DNA of 64,000 nt from NCBI GenBank assembly GCA_036229005.1, contig JAZAMN010000020.1:192001-256000 (forward strand). The letters are read 5' to 3'. This document shows positions 54,599-64,000 of this stretch, piece after piece (positions within the stretch are counted from its first letter, which is position 1; each line of letters opens with the position of its first letter). Under the pieces are notes generated by a model that saw only the letters and a list, made by a program, of their open reading frames with translations, was not told the DNA's origin and searched no databases. Both the position numbers and the translations under genes were made by a program. This DNA comes from Myxococcota bacterium (GTDB lineage Bacteria; Myxococcota_A; UBA796; CAJQPC01).

Positions 54599-55675
54599 TC
54601 AGTCGGCGCGGAAGACCCGCGGCAGGGGCTGGAGGGTGAGCAGGCCTTCGTCCAGCCACTGCTGCACCGGGTCGTCCAGGCCCACCTTGCCGACGTAGAG
54701 CAGGTTGAGATCGCCGCCCTGCTCCACCCAGGAACGGACGCGACGCAGGCCCTGGTAGTACACGACATCCTTGGCGTAGACCCCGGGCTTTCCGGGGTCG
54801 GCCAGCCCGCGCTTGAGGCGCTCGGCGACCCCCCAGGCCAGGCCCGGCTCGGACTCGCGGCGCAGGTGCTCGTGCAGCTCGCGGAAGCCCATGTGGCGGG
54901 CCCACTCGACGGCCTGGACCACCACCCCCTGCCGCCAGCTCGTGCCGGGAGAGGCGGCGCCGGCGCGCTCTTCGGCGAACAGGGCCAGGCCCTCCTCCGT
55001 CGCCAGGGAGCCGGGCAGGCCGGTGGAGAAGATGCGCAGGGGCTGGCGGTTGCCGTTGACCGCGCGGGTGGCGTGGACCTCGATCTCGTGGACGATGAGC
55101 CGGGGCACGTCCTGGCGGCGGAAGATGGAGCCGGGGCGCACCTTGATCTCGCGCTTTGCGCCGTCGACCAGGACGCGGGCGGACATCACGGTGTCCATCT
55201 CGACGCTCCAGTCGTCCAGGCCGCGGGTGTTCAGGGCGCCCCGCAGCGCCCGCAGCATGCCCTGGGCTCCCACCGTGGCGGGGGTCAGGTCGCGGCCGTA
55301 GGGCTCGGTGCGGGCCGCGCTCAGCAGTTCCTCGTCGGGGAACCAGTCGTTGTGGAGCGCGAGGGCCTGGAAAGCCTGGGGGGTGCGGTCCCGGAGCGCG
55401 AGGATCAAGAGCCTCGCTCCCTCGATGGCCGTGGCGAGCATCAGACCAAAGGGGTGATCCAGGGGCGGCTGGAGGCTGTCCAGAAAGCGCAGCTCGTCGT
55501 CGGCCCAGGCGGCGGGTCGGTAGACAAAGGGCGGCTCGACCTGACCGGAGCGGAAGGCGTGGCGGGCCTCCGGGCTGTTGACCGGGTTCAGGAACTGGAA
55601 GAAGCGCACGCGCTGATGCAGGCTGTGGAGGGCCTGATCGACCTGCAGGACGGGCTCTGGCAACAAGGCAGTCAC
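54599..55675 (-). CDS. DUF1704 / QEGLA-motif metallopeptidase-like protein
   Basis: HEIEVH, TEEGLA, RLKRG, KDVVYYQG. Confidence 0.85.
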   Translation of the reverse strand: MTALLPEPVLQVDQALHSLHQRVRFFQFLNPVNSPEARHAFRSGQVEPPFVYRPAAWADDELRFLDSLQPPLDHPFGLMLATAIEGARLLILALRDRTPQAFQALALHNDWFPDEELLSAARTEPYGRDLTPATVGAQGMLRALRGALNTRGLDDWSVEMDTVMSARVLVDGAKREIKVRPGSIFRRQDVPRLIVHEIEVHATRAVNGNRQPLRIFSTGLPGSLATEEGLALFAEERAGAASPGTSWRQGVVVQAVEWARHMGFRELHEHLRRESEPGLAWGVAERLKRGLADPGKPGVYAKDVVYYQGLRRVRSWVEQGGDLNLLYVGKVGLDDPVQQWLDEGLLTLQPLPRVFRAD

Positions 55676-55726
55676 GGGCGGAATCTACTCCCCCAGGGGC
55701 TCCGCGGCATGGGTTATCTCCGGAGC

Positions 55727-56629
55727 ATGCAGCTCTCTCCCGAACTCCTGATGCAGCTCCCGCCGGAGCAGATCCGCGCAGCCTTCCCTGGCTTCCTGGC
55801 CAGCTACATCCAGGGGGCGCCGGAGATCGCGGCGGCGACGATGGCGCACTCCGCGGAGATCCTGGGGGCGAGCAGCGATGGGCAGCTCAAGGCGACCCTC
55901 AAGGCATTCGCCGAGCTGGGAGGCGGTGGGTACCGGCCCTACAACGCCCTCCCCACCATCCGGGAGCTGGCGCGGGGCTGGATGCAGCGGGTGATGATCC
56001 CGGGCGCAGTCGAGGGCACCGAGCACCTTTTGGCGGCGCGGGGCAAGAACCAGCTCTGGGTGGGCAACCACCGCAGCTACATCGACACCTCGGCGACCGA
56101 CGCTCTGCTGGCGGGGGCCGGGCTGGACTACCTGGCCGACGACATGATGGTGGTCGCCGGGCCCAAGGTGTACTCGGACACCTTCCGGCGGGTGGCCGCG
56201 GCGGGGCTGAACACGCTGATGGTGGCCCAGAGCACGCAGATCGGGCACAACGCGGCGGAGCTCTCCCCCCGAGAGGTCGCCGCCATCGCCCTCAACAGCC
56301 TCAAGCAGAGCCAGGTGTGGCGCGCCGAGCGCGGCCCGGTGCTGCTCTACCCCGAGGGCACGCGCACCCGCAGCGGGCGCATGGGCCCCTTCCTGCGGGC
56401 GGCCGCGCGCTACGCCCGGAACGTCGACGTGATCGTGCCCATGGCCATCATCGGCAGCGACGACCTCTTTGGCCTGGACGAGAAGATCCGGCCGTCCAAG
56501 GTGACCCTGCGGGTGGGCGAACCCTTCGAGCCGCCCAAGGGCAAGACGGCCTGGCTGGAGGAGGCCCACGCGCGGGTGGCCGCGCTGCTCCCGGAGGAGA
56601 TGGGGCCGGAGGGCGAGGTGTTGAAGTAG
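55727..56629 (+). CDS. Lysophospholipid acyltransferase (PlsC family)
   Basis: NHRSYID (HX4D), YPEGTRTRSG. Confidence 0.88.
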   Translation: MQLSPELLMQLPPEQIRAAFPGFLASYIQGAPEIAAATMAHSAEILGASSDGQLKATLKAFAELGGGGYRPYNALPTIRELARGWMQRVMIPGAVEGTEHLLAARGKNQLWVGNHRSYIDTSATDALLAGAGLDYLADDMMVVAGPKVYSDTFRRVAAAGLNTLMVAQSTQIGHNAAELSPREVAAIALNSLKQSQVWRAERGPVLLYPEGTRTRSGRMGPFLRAAARYARNVDVIVPMAIIGSDDLFGLDEKIRPSKVTLRVGEPFEPPKGKTAWLEEAHARVAALLPEEMGPEGEVLK

Positions 56630-56655
56630 AGGCAATCCGTGGGTACATTCCCCCC

Positions 56656-57081
56656 ATGTCTCTCCACCCCGACATCACCATTCGCACGGCAGACGGTCGC
56701 CCTCTGGTCGCGGTCGAGGTCAAGGGTATCCGGGACACCAGCGATGCCTGGGCCGCGCAATATCGGCGCAACCTCATCGCACACGCCACCTGGCCCACCA
56801 CCCTCTTCCTGCTGGTGACCCCCGACCGGGTCTACGTCTGGCGTCCGTCTGAGGACTCGGAACCATCCGAACGCAGGCCGGATCGCAGCCTGGACGCCGG
56901 CTCATTCTGGCAGGAGCTTGCCGGCGATCTGAACCGGGAGGACCTGCGAGGAGAGGCCTTCGAGCTGTTGGTTCACTCTTGGCTCTCTGCGTTGCGGGAG
57001 CAAGAGCTCCCCGACGGCCTCAGGGGCCTCGGCCTGGGTGAGGCGCTCGAGATGGGTGAAGTCCGAGCCAACGCGGCGTGA
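56656..57081 (+). CDS. Small PD-(D/E)xK nuclease-like protein
   Basis: PDI...VAVEVK motif; GTGA overlap with PIN gene. Confidence 0.6.
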   Translation: MSLHPDITIRTADGRPLVAVEVKGIRDTSDAWAAQYRRNLIAHATWPTTLFLLVTPDRVYVWRPSEDSEPSERRPDRSLDAGSFWQELAGDLNREDLRGEAFELLVHSWLSALREQELPDGLRGLGLGEALEMGEVRANAA

Positions 57082-57680
57082 CCCGTGTCTATGTAGAGAC
57101 CAACTTCGTGCTGGAGTTGGCCTTGAATCAGCCCCAGGCCTCAGTCTGCGAACGCTTGCTCACTCTGGCCGAGAGTGGCTCGCTTGAGCTCGCTGTGCCT
57201 GCATTCTGCCTGGTCGAGCCTCTGTGGACGCTCGGACATCGCCGCGGCCAGCGGCAGCGCCTCAAAGAGTCCCTGGATCAGGAGCTGCGACAACTGCGGC
57301 GCAGTGGTCGGGCGCGCGACCAGGTGCCCGGCTTGCTGCAGCTGAGCACCACGCTGGTGCAGCTGGCCCGGGATGATGAGAAGCAGCTCTCCCAGATACA
57401 GCGTCGGCTGATGGACTGCAGCACCGTCCTGGCAATGGACGCCCAAGTGCTGAACGAGAGTCAGTCGGCCCAGCGACGCCGCGACCTGAGCGGCCCGGAC
57501 GCCGTCGTTTTCGCGAGCGTCCTCTGCGATCTCCGGCAGCGCCCCCCGACCTCCGCACACTTTGTGACCTTGAACTCCAAGGACTTTGACGAGCCGCGCC
57601 TGGTTGAAGACCTGGCAGACCAGGGTTGTCTGCTGCACACATCCTTCAAGGCGGCGATGAAGCAGCTCTCCGTTACTTGA
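57078..57680 (+). CDS. PIN-domain ribonuclease-like protein
   Basis: VYVETNFV, E, PDAVVFAS, FVTLNSKDF. Confidence 0.8.
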   Translation: MTRVYVETNFVLELALNQPQASVCERLLTLAESGSLELAVPAFCLVEPLWTLGHRRGQRQRLKESLDQELRQLRRSGRARDQVPGLLQLSTTLVQLARDDEKQLSQIQRRLMDCSTVLAMDAQVLNESQSAQRRRDLSGPDAVVFASVLCDLRQRPPTSAHFVTLNSKDFDEPRLVEDLADQGCLLHTSFKAAMKQLSVT

Positions 57681-60039
57681 GCTCAACCCGCGTATACGCG
57701 TCCCCACCCTCGTCGGCGTTGGCCGGGCGCCAGCTCCCGGCGGACTTCTGCCTGGGGAGCCAGCGGCGGACGGCCTGCTTGAGGGCGCCGGTGCCGTGGC
57801 CGTGCAGGATCCAGCCCACGGACTCGCCGTGGCGGAGCAGGCGGTCCAGGAAGTACTCGGCCTCCTCCAGCGCCTCGTCGGCGCGCTTGCCGCGCAGGTC
57901 CAGGGTGTTCCGGGAGGTGCGCACGCCGCCGCCCGAGCTGACCTCGACTGCGGGCGCAGTCATGACCGGCTTGGGTGCGGGCTTGGGGGCCGCTGGACGA
58001 CCGTCCAGCAAGGTGAGCTCCGTGAGCTTCGCGCGCACCTTCATGCCGTTCACCTCGACTTCGACCCGACCCTTGCGGGGGGGGCCCAGGACGGTGCCGA
58101 CGCGGCCGGCGCCCTTGACCCGCACGCGGTCGCCCTTCTCCAGGTTCCGGGGGGGCGGGGCGCTCTCGCGCTGAGGCTGGGGCACGGCGACCTTGCCCTT
58201 GAGGGCGCGCACGGTCTCCAGGGCCTTGCCGGCGTCGCGCAGGTTGGGGTTCTTCTGCAAGGCGGCGACCAGGGTCTTGACCTGCGATTCGGCGGCGGCC
58301 AGGCGCTCCAGGGTCTCCTTGGCCTCGCGCTCGGCCAGGGCCTTGGCGCGGCGCTCGACCTTGGCCTTGGCGCGCTCCAGCTCCTTCTCCCGCTTGGCCA
58401 GGTTGTCCCGCTTGGTGGCGAGCTGGCGCTGCAGCTTGTCGAGCTCCTCGCGCTGGTCCTCCAGGTCCTCGAGCAGCGAGCCGGCCTTGAGCTGGGTCTC
58501 GTCCAGGAAGGACTCGGCCTGATCCACGAGGCCGGCGTCCAGGCCCATCCGTCGGGCGGTGGAGAAGGCATGGGAGAGGCCGACCGCGTCCTTGCGCACC
58601 CGGTAGGTGGGCACGCCGTCCTCCAGCCCCACGGCGGCGTTGGCGAAGCGGGGGTCGGCGGCGGCGAAGGCCTTGAGGTCGGTGTAGTGGGTGGTCACGC
58701 CCACGCGGGAGCCCAGGTCCACCACGCGCTCGAGCACGGCGCGGGCCAGGGCAGCGCCCTGTGCGGGGTCGGTGCCCACGGCGACCTCGTCCAGCAGGAC
58801 CAGGGTGCCGGGCTTGGCGCGGCCCAGGATCTCCTTGAGCACGAGCAGGTGCCCGGAGAAGGTGGACAGGTCGCCCTCCACCGACTGCAGGTCGCCGATG
58901 TCCGCGATGACGTCGGAGAACACGTCGATGCGGCTGCCCTCCTTGGCCGGGAAGGGCACGCCGGCGCGCACGAAGAGGGCGGCCAGGCCCAGGGTCTTGA
59001 GCGCGACCGTCTTGCCGCCGGTGTTGGGGCCCGAGAGGATCAGGCCGCGCTGCTCGGCGTTCAGGTCCAGGTCATTGGCGACCACGTCCAGCCCGCGCAG
59101 GGTGAGCACGGGGTGGCGGGCCTCCAGCAGGTGGATGACGCCGCCCCGCCCGATGATGGGCATGGTCCCCTTGAGGCTGCGGCCCAGCTCTGCGCGGGCG
59201 CAGGCCAGATCCACGACGACGGCCAGCTCCAGGGCCTCGACCACCGGCTCGACGTGGCGCGCCAGCAGCATGGACAGGCGCTGCAGGATTCTCCGGATCG
59301 CGCGTTCAAGCTCCGCTTCCGCGATGCGCAGGCGGTTGTTGAGCTCCACCACCTCGGCGGGCTCCACGAACACGGTCTCGCCGGACTTTGAGGTGTCGTG
59401 GACGATGCCCAGGCCCTTGCGCTTGGCCTCCACCTTGATGGGGAGCACGTAGCGGTCGCTGCGCTGGGTGACGAAGTTGTCCTGCAGCAGCGGCGCCATC
59501 TCCGGGTCCCGCAGCAGCGCCTCCAGGGTGGACTGGACGCGGCGGTGCAGGCCGGCGATGCGCTCCCGCAGCTCGCCCAGCTCGGGGTAGGTGCTCTCGG
59601 AGAGCTGCCCGCGGTCGTCGAAGCTGTAGACCAGGGCCTCGGTCATCTCGGGGTCGAGCTGCATGGCCTGCATGCGGTCGGCCAGCAGCGGGGCGTCCTC
59701 GTCGCGCTCCAGCACCCAGATGCGCAGGTCGTCCAGCGCGTCCAGGGTGCGCCCGACGGCGGCGAGCTCCACCACCTCCAGCACCTGCCCCTGCTCGGTG
59801 CGGCGGGCGAAGGCCTCGATGTCGTGGATGGCCCCGACGGGGATGCGCTCGCCCTCGTCCTCCAGAAGCTGCACCTCCCGCACCTGGGTGTACAGCGCCT
59901 CCGCCGCCTCACGGGTGGAGACGAGGGGGAACTCGAGGGCGCGCGCGGCGCCCCGCTCGGTGCGGGCGGCCTTGGACAGGTGCAGCAGCACGCTCTGCCA
60001 GTCCAGGGTCTCCAGGGTGCGTTGGTCGAGGGCGTTCAT
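57673..60039 (-). CDS. mutS2: Endonuclease MutS2
   Basis: SGPNTGGKT, STFSGH, LLDE, TTHY, C-terminal Smr LDLRG...HGHGTGAL. Confidence 0.95.
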   Translation of the reverse strand: MNALDQRTLETLDWQSVLLHLSKAARTERGAARALEFPLVSTREAAEALYTQVREVQLLEDEGERIPVGAIHDIEAFARRTEQGQVLEVVELAAVGRTLDALDDLRIWVLERDEDAPLLADRMQAMQLDPEMTEALVYSFDDRGQLSESTYPELGELRERIAGLHRRVQSTLEALLRDPEMAPLLQDNFVTQRSDRYVLPIKVEAKRKGLGIVHDTSKSGETVFVEPAEVVELNNRLRIAEAELERAIRRILQRLSMLLARHVEPVVEALELAVVVDLACARAELGRSLKGTMPIIGRGGVIHLLEARHPVLTLRGLDVVANDLDLNAEQRGLILSGPNTGGKTVALKTLGLAALFVRAGVPFPAKEGSRIDVFSDVIADIGDLQSVEGDLSTFSGHLLVLKEILGRAKPGTLVLLDEVAVGTDPAQGAALARAVLERVVDLGSRVGVTTHYTDLKAFAAADPRFANAAVGLEDGVPTYRVRKDAVGLSHAFSTARRMGLDAGLVDQAESFLDETQLKAGSLLEDLEDQREELDKLQRQLATKRDNLAKREKELERAKAKVERRAKALAEREAKETLERLAAAESQVKTLVAALQKNPNLRDAGKALETVRALKGKVAVPQPQRESAPPPRNLEKGDRVRVKGAGRVGTVLGPPRKGRVEVEVNGMKVRAKLTELTLLDGRPAAPKPAPKPVMTAPAVEVSSGGGVRTSRNTLDLRGKRADEALEEAEYFLDRLLRHGESVGWILHGHGTGALKQAVRRWLPRQKSAGSWRPANADEGGDAYTRVELK

Positions 60040-60144
60040 GGCGCGCCCATTTATGCACGGCCCGGGGGCGTGGCCAGCGCGATCTGCGCCAACCCGGCGA
60101 ACACGACCCGCAGGGCACCCCAAGGCTCCAGGGTGCCCCGGGGC

Positions 60145-62907
60145 TCAGCGCGAGTAGAAGCCCGAGCGGATGCGCGCGTCCTGCTCGTCGTAGGGGGTCT
60201 CAAGCTGGTTCCAGCCCAGCTCGTCGGTGGCCAGCAGGCTGGGCTGCATCTTCTCGGCGTAGCCCTCGACCAGGATGACCTCGTGTTCGTGGCAGAAGTC
60301 CAGCTCGCGCTCCAGGGCCGCGGGGTCCAGAGCGGTGATCCCAGAGTCGTAGCGCTCCCGAAGCCCCTCTCCATACAGGACGTCCTGGTCGAGCTGGTAG
60401 AGGAGGTGGTCGTTGAGCACCTGGACGGCGTAGGACTTGGCGACCAGCTCAGCCCGCGCCAGCTCCACCTGCTCGGGGCTGCCCGGGAGGCTGTCGGTGG
60501 TCTCCAGCAGGGCGCGGGAGACCTGGCCCACGTGGCCGCTGTCGACGCTGATCTTGGCCATCAGGACGGTGGGGCCGTCGGGCCAGCGCTCGATCCAGGC
60601 CCGGGGGGTGTAGACCAGGCCGGCGCCCTCGCGCAGCCGATCAAAGAGCTCCGCCTGCATGCGGGCGACGATGACGGCTTGGGCGGCGGGATCGGCGTCG
60701 GCGACGTCCTGTAGGCGGCAGGAGAAGCGGACCTGGGCGTTCGACATCGGTCGGTCCCGCCAATGGAGCTGGCGATCCACCAGAGGCACCTCTGCGATCT
60801 CGGCGACAGCGAGGTGCTTGTCCTTGCTCTTCCACGCGCCGAAGGTCTGCTCGACCAGGGCCATCAGGGCGTCGGTCTCGAAGCCACCGACGACCTCGAG
60901 GGTCGCGTTGGCGGGGTCGAAGTGGGCCAGCATCTGCCGCTTGGCGAGGCCAGAGGAGACCCGCAGGTTGCTGTTGGCGCGCTGGCCCAGGGGGTGGCCC
61001 GGCAGGAGCATGCCCATGCGCAGCCAGTACTGGTCGGTGCGGGCGTAGAGGTTCAGGGTGTCGGTGAGCCAGCCCTCGCTGTAGGAGCTGAACTCGGTCT
61101 GGCTGACCATCTCGGCGAGCACCCACAGCATCTCGTGCAGGTTCCCGGCGCTGCCGCTGACCTCCAGGTAGCTGCCCTGACCGTCCCAGGCCTCGCGGAC
61201 CTGCAGGCCCACGCGGCGCCCCTCCATCTGGAGCTCCCAGGGGGTGTAGTTGTAGTGCTTGACGACCTCGGCGGCCCAGGGCTTGGGCTCGGTGGCGGTG
61301 GAGCCGGCAAAGCGCAGGCGCACGACGACCTGGCTCTGGCCTTCGCGGGGGAGCGCGCGCACGCTCAGGCCATTCTCCGTGCTGCGGCGCTCCACCTGGG
61401 GGAAGGGCGCAGGGCTGGCGCTGGCGGCGGGCTTGGGGAGCACGCTGGGCCGGTCGGGGTCGAGCTCGACGTTGTGCTCGACCTCGTGGACGACCGAGAG
61501 GCGGGGCTTGAGGTGGACGAACACGGCCCGCTCCGGGGTCAGGAAGCGCTCCGCGAGGGCGGCGGACTCGCTGTCCAGTGAGCCCAGGGACTGCAGGCCC
61601 TGCAGGGCGTAGTCCGGGCGCCCCGAGTAGTGCATGTGCACGAAGGCTTCGTGGCTGCCGTACAGCGGCGAGGGCAGCTCACCGGCCTCCACCAGAGCGT
61701 TGAGCAGGAAGAGGCTGCCGCTGCCGCGCTCCCAGAGCTCGGCGGGGTAGGTGGTGTTGGGATCCAGCGGCAGCGCGGCGCGGCGCCCGGCCTCCAGCAG
61801 GTTGGCCCGCATGCGCTCCATCCAGGCGCGGTTGTCGCTGCGCTGGTGGGTCATGGTGGGCAGCACCTGACAGGCCAGCACGGAGCCGAACTGGCGGGGG
61901 ACGACCACGCAGGTGTTGGTCCGGAAGCCGGCCCTCCGGGCGAGCACGATGGTGTCCCCGCCCTCGACGTACTCGTCCTGGCGGAGCGTGATCAGGATGC
62001 TCTCCAGGGACATGGCCAGGTACTCGGCGGCGGCGTCGTGGCCCTGCCAGCTCCCCGGCAGGGTCCAGGCGACACCCAGGCCCGGCTGCAGACCCGGCGC
62101 GAAGGCCTCTCCGGCGTCCTGGCTGGCGGGCGCGGGGGGATTGGAGGCCCGGCCGCTGGGCAGGTAGCAGGCGCCCTCGCCTTGGGTGAGCTGGGGGTCC
62201 ATGCCCTCCAGCATCGCGATGACCTCGCTGGCGTCCACGTCCCCCACGACGACCATGCTGGTGTTGGCATAGCTGTAGTCGGCCGCCAGGCTCTGGAGGG
62301 CCTCCAGGGTCGCGTCGCTGCCCCCGCGCTCCAGCGAGTGGTAGACGTGGCCCTCCGGGTACAGCGCCTGGGAGAGCTGGGGGGAGATCACCCAGACCTC
62401 GGGCCAGCCCAGGCGGCGCTCGGCCTGGACGACGCGCTCTTCGGCGCTGACCAGCGTCTGATCGATGCCCTGCAGGGGGTCGTTGATGCGCTGGAGCTCC
62501 AGCTCAAGCAGGGCCTCCAGCTCTTGCCGCCGGGCGATGGTCGCGTAGGTGGTCAGATCGGCGCGGGTGTAGCCGTTGAAGTGCGCGCCCATGGCGTGGA
62601 GCTGGTCCCAGACCGACACCCCGCCGGGGGTGGAGCGGAACCACAGGTGCTCCAGCAGGTGGGCCCCCTCTCCAGCGCCCGGCGCCTCCTCCCGGGCGCC
62701 GACACCCACGGAAGTCGTGATGGAGACCACGTCCAGATCGGGGCGCTCAATGACGGTCAGGCGCAGCCCCGCGGGCAGGCAGGCGTTGGTGTACTCCGCA
62801 CCCGCGGTCTCCCCCGCCCAGCGAAAGGCGGGCTCAGGCCCGGTCGAGAAGCCCGTCAGCCCAACACTCAGCAGCCCCAGGGCCGCTGCTCGATCGATCC
62901 TCCCCAC
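60145..62907 (-). CDS. M16 (insulinase-family) zinc peptidase
   Basis: AHLLEHLWF inverted zinc motif, FNGYT; GGAGG RBS before GTG. Confidence 0.85.
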   Translation of the reverse strand: MGRIDRAAALGLLSVGLTGFSTGPEPAFRWAGETAGAEYTNACLPAGLRLTVIERPDLDVVSITTSVGVGAREEAPGAGEGAHLLEHLWFRSTPGGVSVWDQLHAMGAHFNGYTRADLTTYATIARRQELEALLELELQRINDPLQGIDQTLVSAEERVVQAERRLGWPEVWVISPQLSQALYPEGHVYHSLERGGSDATLEALQSLAADYSYANTSMVVVGDVDASEVIAMLEGMDPQLTQGEGACYLPSGRASNPPAPASQDAGEAFAPGLQPGLGVAWTLPGSWQGHDAAAEYLAMSLESILITLRQDEYVEGGDTIVLARRAGFRTNTCVVVPRQFGSVLACQVLPTMTHQRSDNRAWMERMRANLLEAGRRAALPLDPNTTYPAELWERGSGSLFLLNALVEAGELPSPLYGSHEAFVHMHYSGRPDYALQGLQSLGSLDSESAALAERFLTPERAVFVHLKPRLSVVHEVEHNVELDPDRPSVLPKPAASASPAPFPQVERRSTENGLSVRALPREGQSQVVVRLRFAGSTATEPKPWAAEVVKHYNYTPWELQMEGRRVGLQVREAWDGQGSYLEVSGSAGNLHEMLWVLAEMVSQTEFSSYSEGWLTDTLNLYARTDQYWLRMGMLLPGHPLGQRANSNLRVSSGLAKRQMLAHFDPANATLEVVGGFETDALMALVEQTFGAWKSKDKHLAVAEIAEVPLVDRQLHWRDRPMSNAQVRFSCRLQDVADADPAAQAVIVARMQAELFDRLREGAGLVYTPRAWIERWPDGPTVLMAKISVDSGHVGQVSRALLETTDSLPGSPEQVELARAELVAKSYAVQVLNDHLLYQLDQDVLYGEGLRERYDSGITALDPAALERELDFCHEHEVILVEGYAEKMQPSLLATDELGWNQLETPYDEQDARIRSGFYSR

Positions 62908-63001
62908 TGTCTCCTCCCATGAAGTCGGGCGGAGCCTACCCCAACCGGCGCCCCGGACACCAGAGGGAGCCCCCCGCTCCCCTCCGGAATAGAGCCTGCC
63001 C

Positions 63002-64000
63002 ATGTGGCTGCTGCTCTCCGCCTTGACCCTGGCCTCTCCAGGGACCGACGCGATCTCCGAAGGGGACGCCGCGCGCTACGCGGGGGACCGGGTGAGCGCC
63101 CGCGAGCACTACCGGGCGGCGGCCGAGAGCGAAGACCCCGCGGCCCAGGCCATGGCGCACCTGCGGCTGATGCAGATGTCCGGCAACTTCGGGATGATGG
63201 CCCACGGCCCCAAGCTGGACCGCGCGCTCTACACCGACAGCCGCGACCCCTGGCTCTACCTGGCCTGGGCGGACTTCCACCTGATGCTGCCCCCGCAGCT
63301 CGGTGGAGACCCCGAGGTCGCCGCGCGCTGGGCCCAGGCCGCGATGGAGGCGCTCCCCGGTCCGGCCCTGGCCCGCATGTACCTGGCCACCGGCGACCCC
63401 GATGTCCTCGCCGAGCTGGAGGCCACAGAGGAGCGCGACGGCCTGGGGGATGCGTTGGTGGAGCACGCCGGTGAGCTCCCCCCACAGCCGGGCACCTGGA
63501 TGTTCTCCCTGGGCTTCGCGGGGGCCCCGGGCGCGGGCTTCGGCGGCGGCGTCAGCTTCGTGCACCCCGACCTGGCCCTGCGCGGCTGGCAGCTCAGCGT
63601 GGGGGCCTTCGCCAACACCCGCGGTGGCTACGTGGGCACCTGGAGCGTGCAGAGCCCGGGCACGCTCTACGGCCACAACAGCGGCACCGCCGCGCGCACC
63701 TGGATCGACGTCTACGACGACGCCGGCGTGCCCACCCGCAGCCAGATGGACCTGTACCAAGCCACCCTGGGTCCCGGCTGGAGCCACGGCCCCTGGCGCC
63801 TGAGCGTGGGCATGCGCGCGCGCTGGGACAGCCTGGAGGGCGCCCCCCTCAAGCCCAGCCACGGCCCCTTCGCCAGCGCCCGCTTCGACAAGACCAGCGG
63901 CTGGGGAAAGACCCGCCGCGGCGGCTGGGCCAGCGCCAGCATCGACCACAGCCAGTGGGGCTACGCGCACACCAGCTACCACCTGCGCAGCGCCAGCTAC
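63002..64000 (+). CDS. Secreted protein, helical N-region then probable outer-membrane beta-strands; truncated at window edge (not in ORF track)
   Basis: Manual translation MWLLLSALTLASPGTDAISEGDAARYAGDR..., open to 64000. Confidence 0.65.
   Translation, partial: MWLLLSALTLASPGTDAISEGDAARYAGDRVSAREHYRAAAESEDPAAQAMAHLRLMQMSGNFGMMAHGPKLDRALYTDSRDPWLYLAWADFHLMLPPQLGGDPEVAARWAQAAMEALPGPALARMYLATGDPDVLAELEATEERDGLGDALVEHAGELPPQPGTWMFSLGFAGAPGAGFGGGVSFVHPDLALRGWQLSVGAFANTRGGYVGTWSVQSPGTLYGHNSGTAARTWIDVYDDAGVPTRSQMDLYQATLGPGWSHGPWRLSVGMRARWDSLEGAPLKPSHGPFASARFDKTSGWGKTRRGGWASASIDHSQWGYAHTSYHLRSASY

Overview
High-GC (roughly 70%) chromosomal window with about 50 genes. It is probably from a Myxococcota-like bacterium (inference from MYXO-CTERM-like tails, PEGA protein, Ser/Thr kinase, J-domain/TPR protein and many lipoproteins). 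It holds a metY-metX-metL/thrA methionine operon, a signal-peptide-bearing tldD/tldE pair, add, mlaE/mlaD, ssb, selB, a 1698-aa Cys/Asp repeat lipoprotein, a REC-GGDEF cyclase, a thioredoxin-octaheme cytochrome c, hemN, grpE, MscS, M13/M16/S8 peptidases and mutS2. No rRNA, tRNA, CRISPR or transposase was found. Top observations: (1) an unannotated, apparently leaderless 25-codon Met/Cys-rich leader peptide with mutually exclusive RNA pairings upstream of the met operon, a candidate sulfur-amino-acid attenuator in place of a SAM riboswitch; (2) the hexamer YACAGA/TCTGTR is strongly enriched, on both strands and within coding DNA, in two blocks (about 0.95-5.3 kb and 31.5-38.2 kb) and rare elsewhere; (3) the met operon is bracketed by a diverged duplicate of the tldE 3' end, an insertion scar; (4) a 31-bp-period direct/inverted repeat element; (5) recurrent leaderless-type promoters and very short signal peptides. 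All product calls come from motif recognition by eye and all counts are manual.
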